A stretch of 64,000 nt of DNA from Candidatus Levybacteria bacterium CG2_30_37_29. GTDB lineage: Bacteria > Patescibacteriota > Microgenomatia > Levybacterales > GWA1-39-11. Position 1 is the first letter of the stretch. Each line of letters starts with the position of its first letter. The notes beneath the pieces are model-generated. The model worked only from the letters and a program-made list of their open reading frames with translations, had not been told where the DNA came from and did no database searches. Below, piece after piece: positions 37,262 to 47,096 of the stretch. A program made the position numbers and the translations under genes. The stretch lies in assembly GCA_001873215.1 (NCBI GenBank), contig MNYS01000008.1, positions 2,657 to 66,656 on the forward strand, read 5' to 3'.

Positions 37262-38503
37262 ATGGACGATAAACAACCAAAAGACCACAAACAAATAGGG
37301 CAGGAACAAGAGCTATTTTTTACCAACGAAGTAGCACCGGGAGCACCATTTTGGCTACCTCGCGGCATGATAATTTTTAAGGAACTTGAAAAATATATTA
37401 GAGAACTTACCGAAAAAGCAGGATATCTTGAAACATCAACCCCAATAATGGTGAAAAGCGAATTGTTTAAGCAATCGGGACACTGGACTAAGTTTGGGTC
37501 TCACAATATGTACAATCTTTTATTGTCTGATGAAGATGAGGATGCAGACGGAATAAGCTACACCCTAAAACCCATGAATTGCCCGGAATCAACTGTAATT
37601 TACAGATTTAGACCACGTTCTTACCGAGAACTTCCACTTAGACTGTCTGAGCTTGGACGGCTTCACAGACGTGAAAAGAGTGGCGAAGTTAACGGACTTT
37701 TTCGAGTGCGTCAAATTACGATGGACGATGCGCATATTTTCGTAACGGAAGACCAAATTTTTGAGGAAATTGGAAATATTTTGGACATTATGAATAATTT
37801 TTATACGATGTTTGGTTTTTCTGTCGAATTCAAGCTTGCAACAAGACCGGAGGGTAGGGCAGGAACGGATATAATGTGGGATAAAGCTGAAAAAGATTTG
37901 GAAGAAGTTTTAAAAGCTAAAAAAATAAAATCATCAGATAAAAAAGGTGACGGAGCATTTTACGGTCCTAAAATTGATGCTCACATAGAAGACTCGCTTG
38001 GAAGAAGCTGGCAGCTTGCTACGGTTCAACTTGACTTTCACATGCCTGAAGCATTCGGACTTACCTATATTAACGACCAAGGTCAAGAAAAAAGACCCGT
38101 TATGATTCACCGCGCAATTCTCGGATCCTTCGAAAGATTTATAGGCATTCTAACAGAACACTACCAAGGAGCATTTCCAATCTGGCTTTCGCCTGTACAA
38201 GTTGCTATATTGCCTGTTTCTGAAAAAGTCCATCCATTTGCTCAAAAAATATTAGACTTGATAAAAGACGAAAATATCAGAGCAGAACTTGATACTTCAA
38301 ATAAAACGGTTGGTGCAAAAATACGAGAAGCTTCTTTACAAAGAGTGCCGTACCTTGTTATAATAGGAGAGAAAGAACATGGCGCATCAAGCGAGGATAA
38401 ATATTTTGTATCGGTTAGAACGCGCACAGGAGAAGACCTAGGAACAATTTTACTTGATAAATTTTTGCAAACTGTAAAAAACGAAATTGAAAAAAAATCT
38501 TAA
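37262..38503 (+). CDS. thrS: Threonine--tRNA ligase without N-terminal TGS/editing domains
   Basis: DHKQIG start, SGHW, KPMNCP, GAFYGPKID, MIHRAILGSFERF. Confidence 0.96.
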   Translation: MDDKQPKDHKQIGQEQELFFTNEVAPGAPFWLPRGMIIFKELEKYIRELTEKAGYLETSTPIMVKSELFKQSGHWTKFGSHNMYNLLLSDEDEDADGISYTLKPMNCPESTVIYRFRPRSYRELPLRLSELGRLHRREKSGEVNGLFRVRQITMDDAHIFVTEDQIFEEIGNILDIMNNFYTMFGFSVEFKLATRPEGRAGTDIMWDKAEKDLEEVLKAKKIKSSDKKGDGAFYGPKIDAHIEDSLGRSWQLATVQLDFHMPEAFGLTYINDQGQEKRPVMIHRAILGSFERFIGILTEHYQGAFPIWLSPVQVAILPVSEKVHPFAQKILDLIKDENIRAELDTSNKTVGAKIREASLQRVPYLVIIGEKEHGASSEDKYFVSVRTRTGEDLGTILLDKFLQTVKNEIEKKS

Positions 38504-38513
38504 AATTCATTAG

Positions 38514-39050
38514 ATGCAGAGGCGCCGTAAACAATATAAGCCAAGCGTATTCTATAGAAGGAATTACCAGATTACTGCTCAAACAATAAGGCTTATTGCA
38601 GATGATGGAAGACAAATTGGAGTAGTTAGTCGGGAAGATGCGCTGAAGATGTCCCAAGATCAAAATGTTGATCTTGTAGAAATAGGGCCAACCGCTATTC
38701 CGCCTGTTGTAAAGCTTATTGACTACAGTAAATTTCTGTACCAATTAAAAAAGAAAAAACAGGAGGAAAAGAAAAAAACCCAAACTTCTGAGACAAAACA
38801 GATACAACTTGGACCTTTTATTGATGACCATGATTTGGACATAAAATTGAAGAGAGCGGATGAATTTATAAAAGACGGAGATAAAGTAAAATTTGTTTTA
38901 AAATTTAGAGGACGAGAGATAACAAAAAAAGAATTGGGCGAAGAAGTACTAAAAAAAGTTATGGAAAAAATGCAAAGTGTTGCAAAAGTTGAAAAAGATA
39001 TGCATATGGAAGGACGACAAATGATACTAGTAATGTCAAAACTAAAATAG
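38514..39050 (+). CDS. infC: Translation initiation factor IF-3
   Basis: DLVEI.P...PPVVK..DY.K; GDKVK..L.FRGRE. Confidence 0.95.
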   Translation: MQRRRKQYKPSVFYRRNYQITAQTIRLIADDGRQIGVVSREDALKMSQDQNVDLVEIGPTAIPPVVKLIDYSKFLYQLKKKKQEEKKKTQTSETKQIQLGPFIDDHDLDIKLKRADEFIKDGDKVKFVLKFRGREITKKELGEEVLKKVMEKMQSVAKVEKDMHMEGRQMILVMSKLK

Positions 39051-39060
39051 TAATAAAAAT

Positions 39061-39261
39061 ATGGGAAAACAAAAACTTAAAACAAAAAATGCCGTAAGTA
39101 AAAGATTTCGGGTTACAAAAACAGGAAAGGTTATGCATGGACATCAGATGAGAAGCCATCTTAGAAGCAAAAAATCAAAAAGCAACCTGAGACGTAAAAA
39201 GATTCTTGGACAAGCACACGGCACGTTTGCAAAAAAAATAAAACAATTACTTAGTGTCTAA
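39061..39261 (+). CDS. rpmI: 50S ribosomal protein L35
   Basis: KLKT..AVSKRFRVTKTGK. Confidence 0.93.
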   Translation: MGKQKLKTKNAVSKRFRVTKTGKVMHGHQMRSHLRSKKSKSNLRRKKILGQAHGTFAKKIKQLLSV

Positions 39262-39444
39262 ATGCTAAAAAGATTTACAAAGAGGATAAATATTAATTTT
39301 AAAGAAACGCGGAATGAAAGATCTGCAACGCAATCGTACAGCAATTACAATCAGAAATTGCGGAGGGTGTTTCAAAAAGCGAATTTTTTTAGTAAAATAG
39401 GCGGAAATAAAACAATTTTTAATTTTAGGAAGAAAATAGACTAA
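39262..39444 (+). pseudogene. Possible decayed four-helix-bundle gene followed by 7-bp repeats
   Basis: RSAT...NY in one frame and AEGVSKSEFFSKI in another; AAAATTT-type heptamers at 39476-39503. Confidence 0.4.
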
Positions 39445-39509
39445 TTTTAAAAATTAAAACATTTAATATTCACTAAAAATTGTAAATTTAAAATTTAAAA
39501 TTAAATAAT

Positions 39510-39878
39510 ATGACAAGAGTAAAAAGGGGATTAACAAGCAATAGACGACACAATAAACTACGAAACCTTAATAAGGGTTACCGTGGAACACAGTCAAAGC
39601 TTACAAAAGTCGCCCAAGAGGCGGCTCTTCACGCGGGTGCATATGCGTATCATGGACGAAAAAGAAAGAAAAGAGACTTCCGAAGACTATGGATAACCAG
39701 AATTTCAGAAGCCGTCAAAATTGAAGGAATATCGTACAGTAAATTCATAGCGGCGCTTGCCAAGAAAAAAATAGGGCTTGATAGAAAAATTCTTGCGGAC
39801 CTTGTTTTAAACGACCCTGAAACCTTCAAATACATTGTTGATCAAGCCAGGCTGATCAATCCGCCTCTGGAGGATTGA
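39510..39878 (+). CDS. rplT: 50S ribosomal protein L20
   Basis: MTRVKRG, KRDFRRLWITRI, LDRKILADL. Confidence 0.96.
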   Translation: MTRVKRGLTSNRRHNKLRNLNKGYRGTQSKLTKVAQEAALHAGAYAYHGRKRKKRDFRRLWITRISEAVKIEGISYSKFIAALAKKKIGLDRKILADLVLNDPETFKYIVDQARLINPPLED

Positions 39879-39911
39879 CACAGCAAAAAAAACAGCTTAA
39901 CCTTAATTTCT

Positions 39912-39962
39912 ATGAATAGAATCTTTTACTTTACTTACTTTACTTCCCAAGCCGGGAGGTAA
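39912..39962 (+). CDS. Putative Phe/Tyr-rich attenuator leader peptide MNRIFYFTYFTSQAGR (pheM-like)
   Basis: TTGACA(39875)-17-TAACCT promoter; FYFTYF; lies between rplT and pheS. Confidence 0.75.
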   Translation: MNRIFYFTYFTSQAGR

Positions 39963-39994
39963 TGTAGTGATCTAAGGTTTTAGAAACACACATA

Positions 39995-40019
39995 GCCTCC
40001 CACACGGGAGGTTTTTTTT
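39995..40019 (+). terminator. Intrinsic terminator of the attenuator
   Basis: GCCTCCC-ACAC-GGGAGG-T8; competing GGGAGGT at 39954-39960. Confidence 0.88.
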
Positions 40020-40101
40020 GTGGTTTAAAGCCGATGTAGTTTTAGCTATATCGGACGAAAGGATGTGATTTAATACGACAAAAGAAGGACAACCAATACA
40101 A

Positions 40102-40284
40102 ATGGAACAACAAATTGCTGCGCTATCAACTCGTTTGATAAGTATAAGAGATGTTGCGCCGGGATCAGAACATCATCAACATGCACTAAAAGAACTTATG
40201 ACAATTTTGGCATCCGACAAGAAAGCGGTTGATGTCTTAGCAAAACAACAGGGAAGAGAGGTTCAAAAGGACGATCGAATATGA
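40102..40284 (+). CDS. Hypothetical small protein
   Basis: 60-aa ORF with AAGGA upstream. Confidence 0.45.
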   Translation: MEQQIAALSTRLISIRDVAPGSEHHQHALKELMTILASDKKAVDVLAKQQGREVQKDDRI

Positions 40285-40299
40285 TATCCTTAAGAAAAC

Positions 40300-41337
40300 A
40301 TGGAAGAAGAATTAATCAACCTACAAACAAACGCAAGTTCTTTGATTATCTCAACAGATGACGCGGAGGAACTTGAAAAAATAAGAGAGGATTTTTTGGG
40401 AAAAGACGGGAGTCTGACAGACGCCATTAAACGTATAGGAAAGCTTCCGCAAGAATCACGCCCTGAAATAGGAAAACTTGCAAACGAAATAAAAAATACA
40501 ATTGAAGATTTAATTTCCCACAAACTTAAGTCAAAAAAAATAAATACCGGGCCCGCAAAACGGTCAAAAAAAATTGACGTGACAATGCCGGGTCAGGCTT
40601 TACCACTTGGGCACCTTCACCTTATTACTCAAGGAATCGAGGAAATAACAAATATTTTCGAACATATAGGATTTACCCGCGTACGATATCCGGAAGTCGA
40701 ATGGGATTGGTATGCTTTTACTGCTTTGAATTTTCCAGAAAATCATCCTGCACGCGACGATTGGGAAACTTTTTTTGTAAAAGAAGAACCGCATCCAAAA
40801 AATGGGCAAATGGTTTTAACTCCGCATACATCATCCGGACAAATCCGTGAAATGGAAAAGGGGGAACTTCCAATTAAAATGTTGAATGTTGCAAAGTGTT
40901 ATCGCCGACAATCTGATGTTTCACATGTTCCAATGTTTCATCAATTTGAAGGACTTGTTGTTGGAGAAAATATCTCAATAACACATTTAAAAGGTGTGCT
41001 TGATTACTTTTTTAAGTCTTATCTTGGAGAAAAAAGAAAATTCAGAATCCGCCCATACCATTTTCAATTTACAGAACCTTCTTTTGAAATCGATGTTTCT
41101 TGCGGCGTATGTAATGGCCGGGGATGCAAGCTTTGCAAAGCAGGCTGGCTTGAGCTAGGAGGGGCGGGAATGGTACACCCGAATGTTTTAAAAAATGGAG
41201 GCATTGATACAAAAAAATACACAGGGTTTGCTTTTGGGTGGGGAGTTGAACGGGTCCTTATGATGAAAGAGGATCTAGCGCTTGAGGATTTGAGGATTTT
41301 GTACTCAAACGATCTTAGATTTTTAGAACAATTTTAA
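40300..41337 (+). CDS. pheS: Phenylalanine--tRNA ligase alpha subunit
   Basis: HPARD, PHTS, FHQFEG, FQFTEPS, GFAFGWGVER; Zn-finger insert. Confidence 0.97.
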   Translation: MEEELINLQTNASSLIISTDDAEELEKIREDFLGKDGSLTDAIKRIGKLPQESRPEIGKLANEIKNTIEDLISHKLKSKKINTGPAKRSKKIDVTMPGQALPLGHLHLITQGIEEITNIFEHIGFTRVRYPEVEWDWYAFTALNFPENHPARDDWETFFVKEEPHPKNGQMVLTPHTSSGQIREMEKGELPIKMLNVAKCYRRQSDVSHVPMFHQFEGLVVGENISITHLKGVLDYFFKSYLGEKRKFRIRPYHFQFTEPSFEIDVSCGVCNGRGCKLCKAGWLELGGAGMVHPNVLKNGGIDTKKYTGFAFGWGVERVLMMKEDLALEDLRILYSNDLRFLEQF

Positions 41338-41338
41338 A

Positions 41339-43294
41339 ATGAACATAAAAATACTTGATAGCTGGTTAAGGGATTATTTAGAAACAAAAGCAAGTCCTAG
41401 TAAAATTGCCGAAATTCTTTCTTTGACAAGCGTTTCAATAGAACGCATAGAAAAACTAGGAGACGATTTTCTGTACGATATAGAAATTACAACCAATAGA
41501 CCGGATCTTATGGGAGTTATCGGTCTTGCGCGCGAAGCAGCAACAGTACTTCCGGCAACAGGAATTGATGCAACATTTATTCCTCCCCGATTTTCCAAAC
41601 CAAAAGACGTAAGTGATGAAGTTACTCTTCCGGTTATTAAAAATGACGATACTCTTGTAAATAGAATTTGCGCGGTTATTATGGAAGTAGAATTCGGAAA
41701 TTCTCCGGAATATATTAAAAAGCGGCTTGAATCTTCAGGAATTCGAAGCATCAATAATGTAGTAGACGTCACAAATTATGTCATGCGGGAAACTGGACAC
41801 CCCGCTCATGTTTTTGACTACGACAGACTGAATTCCAAAACTTTGATTATCAAAGCTGCAAAAAAGGGCGAGAAAGTTATAACTCTTGACGGGAAAGAAT
41901 ATACGCTTTCTGGAGGAGATATTGTTGCATACAACGGTGAAGGAAAAATTGTTGACTTATTAGGCATTATGGGCATACAAAACAGCGTTGTTACAGACTC
42001 GACAAAAAGAATTTTATATTTTATTGATAATAATAATCCGGTTCAAATAAGAAAAACTTCTATGGAGCATGGAATAAGAACGGAAGCCGCTGTAATAAAT
42101 GAAAAAGGACCGGACCCGGAAATTGCTTTTGGGGCACTTCTTTGCGGAATAAAATTATTTGAAAAAATTGCGAAAGGAAAAGTTGTATCAAAAATTCTTG
42201 ACATTTATTTTAATAAGCCGGCGTCTAAAACAGTTACTGTTGACGAAAGTAAAATTAATTCTGTAATTGGCATTGATATTCCCTTAAAAGATGCCAAATC
42301 AACACTTGATAACCTAGGTTTTGAGACAAAAATTACTGGAAAATCTATTGCTGCTAGTGTTCCTTCATTCCGACTTGGAGATATAACAATTGCCGAGGAT
42401 ATTATTGAAGAAATAGCGCGCGTTTATGGATATTCCCGCCTACCAAGCATTCTCCCAACTTTCCAAAACAATACTCCTTTTCATCAGGAAAAAAATCTTT
42501 TTTATTGGGAAGCGCGCTGCCGAAATTTTTTCAAATATTCAGGTTTTACGGAAATCTATACTTACGCGCTTGTTTCCCCCGAATTATATGAAGGTAATCT
42601 TGACGATGCGGTAACGCTTCAAAATCCACTGAATGAAGAAATGGCATACATGAGGCGTACTCTTGTCCCAAGCCTTCTACAAGTAGCCAGCGATAATCCA
42701 TCACGAGAAGAGTTTTCAATTTTTGAAATAGCAAATGTTTATTTAAAAAAAGGAAGAGATCTCCCTGATGAACGCCTAACTCTTGCCGGGATAATTAAAA
42801 TGCAGAAGATAGACTTTTTTACCGTAAAAGGAGTTATTGAAAACCTTTTTTTTGATTTTGGAATAAAGAACATAGAGTGGAAAGAAGACTCGGGGGGCGG
42901 AAACGGAGCAGATATTTATATTGATAACATAAAAATCGGAACAATAGAATTGCTTTCTGATTCACTTGCTGATTTTGAGATTGATTTTGCATCTATTTTT
43001 GAACATGCAACACTTAAAAAGATATACAACCCAATTCCAAAATTTCCTCCTGTAATTGAGGATATCAGAATAAAACTTTCTGAAAATACTACTTTTGAAA
43101 AAGCAATAAAATTAATTAAAAAACAAAGTTCTCTTATTTCGTCTGTTAAGCTTTTGGATATTTATGGTGACAAAATTACACTTCGAATTACTTATCAAAA
43201 TTCTAATAAAAACTTAACAAACGAAGAAATAACACCAATTCGAAAAAAAATAATTTCCAATCTAAAACACAGCCTCAAAGCAGAAATTGCTTAA
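41339..43294 (+). CDS. pheT: Phenylalanine--tRNA ligase beta subunit (short, lacks B2 domain)
   Basis: TNRPDL, NNVVDVTNYVM, EDIIEEIARVYGY, MRRTL. Confidence 0.95.
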   Translation: MNIKILDSWLRDYLETKASPSKIAEILSLTSVSIERIEKLGDDFLYDIEITTNRPDLMGVIGLAREAATVLPATGIDATFIPPRFSKPKDVSDEVTLPVIKNDDTLVNRICAVIMEVEFGNSPEYIKKRLESSGIRSINNVVDVTNYVMRETGHPAHVFDYDRLNSKTLIIKAAKKGEKVITLDGKEYTLSGGDIVAYNGEGKIVDLLGIMGIQNSVVTDSTKRILYFIDNNNPVQIRKTSMEHGIRTEAAVINEKGPDPEIAFGALLCGIKLFEKIAKGKVVSKILDIYFNKPASKTVTVDESKINSVIGIDIPLKDAKSTLDNLGFETKITGKSIAASVPSFRLGDITIAEDIIEEIARVYGYSRLPSILPTFQNNTPFHQEKNLFYWEARCRNFFKYSGFTEIYTYALVSPELYEGNLDDAVTLQNPLNEEMAYMRRTLVPSLLQVASDNPSREEFSIFEIANVYLKKGRDLPDERLTLAGIIKMQKIDFFTVKGVIENLFFDFGIKNIEWKEDSGGGNGADIYIDNIKIGTIELLSDSLADFEIDFASIFEHATLKKIYNPIPKFPPVIEDIRIKLSENTTFEKAIKLIKKQSSLISSVKLLDIYGDKITLRITYQNSNKNLTNEEITPIRKKIISNLKHSLKAEIA

Positions 43295-43304
43295 AAATTA
43301 ATGT

Positions 43305-43535
43305 ATGAAAGCGGCTTCAACAATTTCAAAAAGAGACAGGGAAAAATATGTTTTGAAAGAGGCGATTGATGAAGAAATACTAATCAAGTGTAAGAGACTT
43401 GAAACAACGGAGTTGAACGATCAAGATAAATTATTAGTAAAATTGATTAAAACACAACTTGAAGATGACTGGCGCACACCCCTTGTTAAAGAAATAGCTA
43501 GAGTGTTTAAAAAATACTTCAAGTCCGAGATATAA
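43305..43535 (+). CDS. Hypothetical protein
   Basis: 76-aa ORF; LIKTQLEDDWR. Confidence 0.6.
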   Translation: MKAASTISKRDREKYVLKEAIDEEILIKCKRLETTELNDQDKLLVKLIKTQLEDDWRTPLVKEIARVFKKYFKSEI

Positions 43536-43678
43536 TGAAAAAAAAGAACACGCTAACTCCGCAGACAAAGCAACCATTAACCTTTTTCTCAAAAATCTAA
43601 AACCATAATTTTTTTATATCTTTATCTTACATTCGTACGAACATACGAACGATATGATATTATAAAAATAATGAAATT

Positions 43679-43948
43679 ATGCTAAGGAAAAGAACAATTG
43701 AACAAATTGTCAGAAGTTTTTCAAACCACAGAAGGATAGCTATGCTATGCTTGCTCGATGAAAATCCTGAACTTTCGGTTTCTCAAATAGCGGGTGACTT
43801 AAAAATTGATATAAAGCTTGCAAGCTTTTATTTGAGAAAGCTCACTATTGCAGGTTTAATTATGAAAAAAAGTAATGGAAAATTTATTAGACACAAACTT
43901 ACAAAACGTGGTGTTTTTGTTCTTACATTCATACGAACATTAGAATGA
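43679..43948 (+). CDS. ArsR-like winged-helix regulator
   Basis: SNHRRI..L.LL....LSVSQIA......S..LRKL..AGLI. Confidence 0.82.
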   Translation: MLRKRTIEQIVRSFSNHRRIAMLCLLDENPELSVSQIAGDLKIDIKLASFYLRKLTIAGLIMKKSNGKFIRHKLTKRGVFVLTFIRTLE

Positions 43949-43971
43949 AGATTCAAGTTTATTAATTGTTT

Positions 43972-44694
43972 CTACACAAATTTATTAAACCAAGCGAGAG
44001 TTTCTTGGAAAAGGTTTTCTTCGGCTCCGTCTTCGTCAAAACAATGAGTGGCATTTGGTATAACCACAAATTTCTTTGGTTCGTTTGCATTTTTAAAAAA
44101 CTTTTTCCCACCATCAACTAATTCCCCATTTCCTGCTACCACAACAAGACTAGGTTTATTAATTTTTTTTATCAGATCGCGTGGATTAAGCGTTTGAGTC
44201 TCCTCAAACATTTCTTTCCCGATTGTAAAACCGTATGAAGCTTCAGCCGTTACGTAATATTTATCAAGTTCTGTTACGTATTTTGATTTCGTAACCTTAG
44301 ATGGATTATCTGAAGCTTCCCAAAGCACCATGGCGTCGAAGTCTTTTTTCTTTGATAATAAAACCGTAACCCCACCAAAGCTATGTCCAACAACAAATAA
44401 CTTCTCGACTCCTTCTTTACGAAAAAAATCTACAACCCTATCAAGATCTTGCCCATGCAACGATAAAGTACAATCTTCAAGTTTTCTCGCATCTTCTTCC
44501 CAACCATACAAATCGAATCTGAAAGTTGAAAATCCCTTATCTTCAAAAAATCTCGCAGCATTAAAAAATTGATGTTCATTTTTGTGTCCGGTAAATCCGT
44601 GAACGAAAATAATTAAAGGGGATGAGAGATCTCCTCTTAATATTCCGTATATATTTTTACTGTTTTTAAGCGGAATTTTAATCGTCTTTTCCAT
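43972..44694 (-). CDS. Alpha/beta hydrolase
   Basis: VHGFTG, GHSFGG, ATHCF. Confidence 0.88.
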   Translation of the reverse strand: MEKTIKIPLKNSKNIYGILRGDLSSPLIIFVHGFTGHKNEHQFFNAARFFEDKGFSTFRFDLYGWEEDARKLEDCTLSLHGQDLDRVVDFFRKEGVEKLFVVGHSFGGVTVLLSKKKDFDAMVLWEASDNPSKVTKSKYVTELDKYYVTAEASYGFTIGKEMFEETQTLNPRDLIKKINKPSLVVVAGNGELVDGGKKFFKNANEPKKFVVIPNATHCFDEDGAEENLFQETLAWFNKFV

Positions 44695-44714
44695 TCAATT
44701 ATTATACCATTGCC

Positions 44715-47096
44715 TTATGGCGTAAGGGTGGGAGTAAGAGTTGGAGTGGGGGAGATTGAAACTGTCGGCGTGGGAGTCGGCGTAGTATCATTATTTGAAT
44801 TTTGATCGTATTTATAATCAGACGTGTCTTTCGACGGGTGATATTTTGAATCATCTTTGTGGTTTTGCTCAACCCATGCATTAATCGCATCCTGCCATCG
44901 ATTTTTCCCGTCCGTACTCACCGGATCTGACTCATCAAAAACTATAAAATCTTTTACATCAAAATCCGAGTGTAAAATTTCGTCACTATTTGCTAGTTTG
45001 TCTGTCTGCTTTTTTGAAATTTTAAGTTTTTTATAAATAGAAGCAAGCGTAGTTGGCTCGGTTCCTTTTACAAAATATTCTGTCCTTTTCGGCTGACCGT
45101 CAATTGGAAGTCCTCCTGAAAAAGAATCTATTTCCAACGGAATAACACTGTCCGGTTTTTTCGGCTGTTCATCAGGCTTTCCTTTCAGAACAAATTTCAT
45201 TATTTTACTCCAAATTGGAGTAGCCCCCGTGACTCCGGAAGCAATACGCGGATTCATTGGTGAATTATCATTATTTCCAACCCAAACACCAACTACATAA
45301 CTTGGGGTGTATCCAACAGTCCAGTTATCACGTTTGCTGTCGGTTGTTCCTGTTTTGACAGAAACTGTTCTACCGGAAACAACTAAATAGGAGTTCGGAC
45401 CAAAAACAAGCTGCCGCGCATTATTATCAAGAAGAATGTGTGAAATTATAAATGCGACTTCAGAAGAGAGTACGCGTGTCCCATCTTCGTTTTTATGCTT
45501 ATACAAACTTTTACCTCTTGAATCTTTTACCTCAACTATTGAAAATGGCTCTTTTTTTATACCGCTTGCTGCAAAAACAGAATAAGCCGAGGATATTTGA
45601 AGAAGTGTTGCCTCTCTTCCTCCAAGAACAAGCGATAATCCAACGCTTCTTAAATTTTCGCTCGTCGGCTTCCAATTTTCAATTCCCATGCTGTATGCTT
45701 TTTGCATAACAGGCTTTATTCCAACACGTGCAAGCATTTTAACCGCGGGAATATTTATAGAATTTCCAAGAGCAAATCTAAGCTGCATTGGTCCGTTATA
45801 CTTTCCGTCATAATTTACGGGTGTATAAATCGGAAGTGTCGGATCATTTGTCGGAAAGTCTGTTTTTAAATCCATTATCAAACTTGAAGCCGTATATCCT
45901 TTCTCAAAAGCAGTTGCATACATAATAGGCTTAAGACTTGATCCTGGCTGGCGAAGAGCAGTCGCAGCATTGAAATTTCCCTCGTTTTTTGTATCAAAAT
46001 AATCATGACTTCCTACCATTGCCAGAATTCCTCCGGTTTTTGCATCCAAAACAACAGCTGCTCCATTTCCCACGTTGAATCCTTTAAGATTTTTTTCAAA
46101 CTCGTTTGTAACTATATCTTCGGCGTTTTTTTGTACTTCATAGTCAAGCGAGGTCGTAACAGTCAAATTACCGTTTTCTACAGCCGCTTCTCCGTACATT
46201 TTTACCAATTGCTCCTTGACATACTGCACGAAATGCGGAGCCTTCAAATTACCCTGTTTTTGTGTAAACGTGAAGCCTTCTACCTGACGTATTGCATCGT
46301 CTGACTGTTTTTTTGAAATTCTTCCATCTTCGCGCATTCTTCTCAAAACATATTTTGTTCTATCAATATAAGATTTGTTTTTTCCAGCAAAAGGAGAGTA
46401 ATAAGTGGGCGCTTGGGGGAGGCCCGCTAAGAATGCACTTTGAGCAAGATCCAATTCTTTTACATGCTTTCCGAAATATAAATTGCTTGCTGCTTCAACG
46501 CCAATTGCCGTTCCTCCATATCCGACATTGTTTAAATACATTTCTAAAATTTGGTCTTTTGAAAATCTTTGATCGACTTGAACTGCCAAAATAAGCTCCT
46601 TTGCCTTTCTCGTTAAATTCCTCTCAGGAGACAAAAGCACGTTTTTTACAAGCTGTTGAGTTATTGTAGAACCTCCTGTAACCCTGTGAAAAAAAATCGG
46701 GTCTATAAACGCTCTAAATAACCCTTTGACAGAAAACCCAGGGTTGGTATAAAAATCCTTGTCTTCTGTTGAAACTGTTGCCTCAAGCAGGATCTTCGAC
46801 ATATCAGTCAGCGGAACATAAAGCCTATTGTAATCTTTGAAAATTGAGTAAAGAACAACTCCTTTTTTATCAAGTATTTTGGTTGAGTCGCGTATTTCGG
46901 AATTGGAAAGTTTGCCCGGAGTCGGCAAGTCTCGGGAAATCCACAAAAAATACAAGAAAAACAAAACTACAAACCCTATTATTCCGAAAAGTGTAAAACG
47001 GGTTATCTTACTTAACAACATAATGCGGTTGAGGGATGAAGTGCGGTATCTTAGTCTTCTTGCATGAAACCTACCAGGGCGCCTGTAATTTTGCAT
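44715..47096 (-). CDS. Class A penicillin-binding protein (PBP1A family)
   Basis: EDKDF, GGSTITQQLVKN, RKAKE, PGSSLKP, SIN, KTGT. Confidence 0.95.
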   Translation of the reverse strand: MQNYRRPGRFHARRLRYRTSSLNRIMLLSKITRFTLFGIIGFVVLFFLYFLWISRDLPTPGKLSNSEIRDSTKILDKKGVVLYSIFKDYNRLYVPLTDMSKILLEATVSTEDKDFYTNPGFSVKGLFRAFIDPIFFHRVTGGSTITQQLVKNVLLSPERNLTRKAKELILAVQVDQRFSKDQILEMYLNNVGYGGTAIGVEAASNLYFGKHVKELDLAQSAFLAGLPQAPTYYSPFAGKNKSYIDRTKYVLRRMREDGRISKKQSDDAIRQVEGFTFTQKQGNLKAPHFVQYVKEQLVKMYGEAAVENGNLTVTTSLDYEVQKNAEDIVTNEFEKNLKGFNVGNGAAVVLDAKTGGILAMVGSHDYFDTKNEGNFNAATALRQPGSSLKPIMYATAFEKGYTASSLIMDLKTDFPTNDPTLPIYTPVNYDGKYNGPMQLRFALGNSINIPAVKMLARVGIKPVMQKAYSMGIENWKPTSENLRSVGLSLVLGGREATLLQISSAYSVFAASGIKKEPFSIVEVKDSRGKSLYKHKNEDGTRVLSSEVAFIISHILLDNNARQLVFGPNSYLVVSGRTVSVKTGTTDSKRDNWTVGYTPSYVVGVWVGNNDNSPMNPRIASGVTGATPIWSKIMKFVLKGKPDEQPKKPDSVIPLEIDSFSGGLPIDGQPKRTEYFVKGTEPTTLASIYKKLKISKKQTDKLANSDEILHSDFDVKDFIVFDESDPVSTDGKNRWQDAINAWVEQNHKDDSKYHPSKDTSDYKYDQNSNNDTTPTPTPTVSISPTPTLTPTLTP

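Noticed and set aside
44718-44790. Repeats at the 3' end of PBP1A
   Set aside because: Ordinary low-complexity Pro/Thr tail, common in these proteins.
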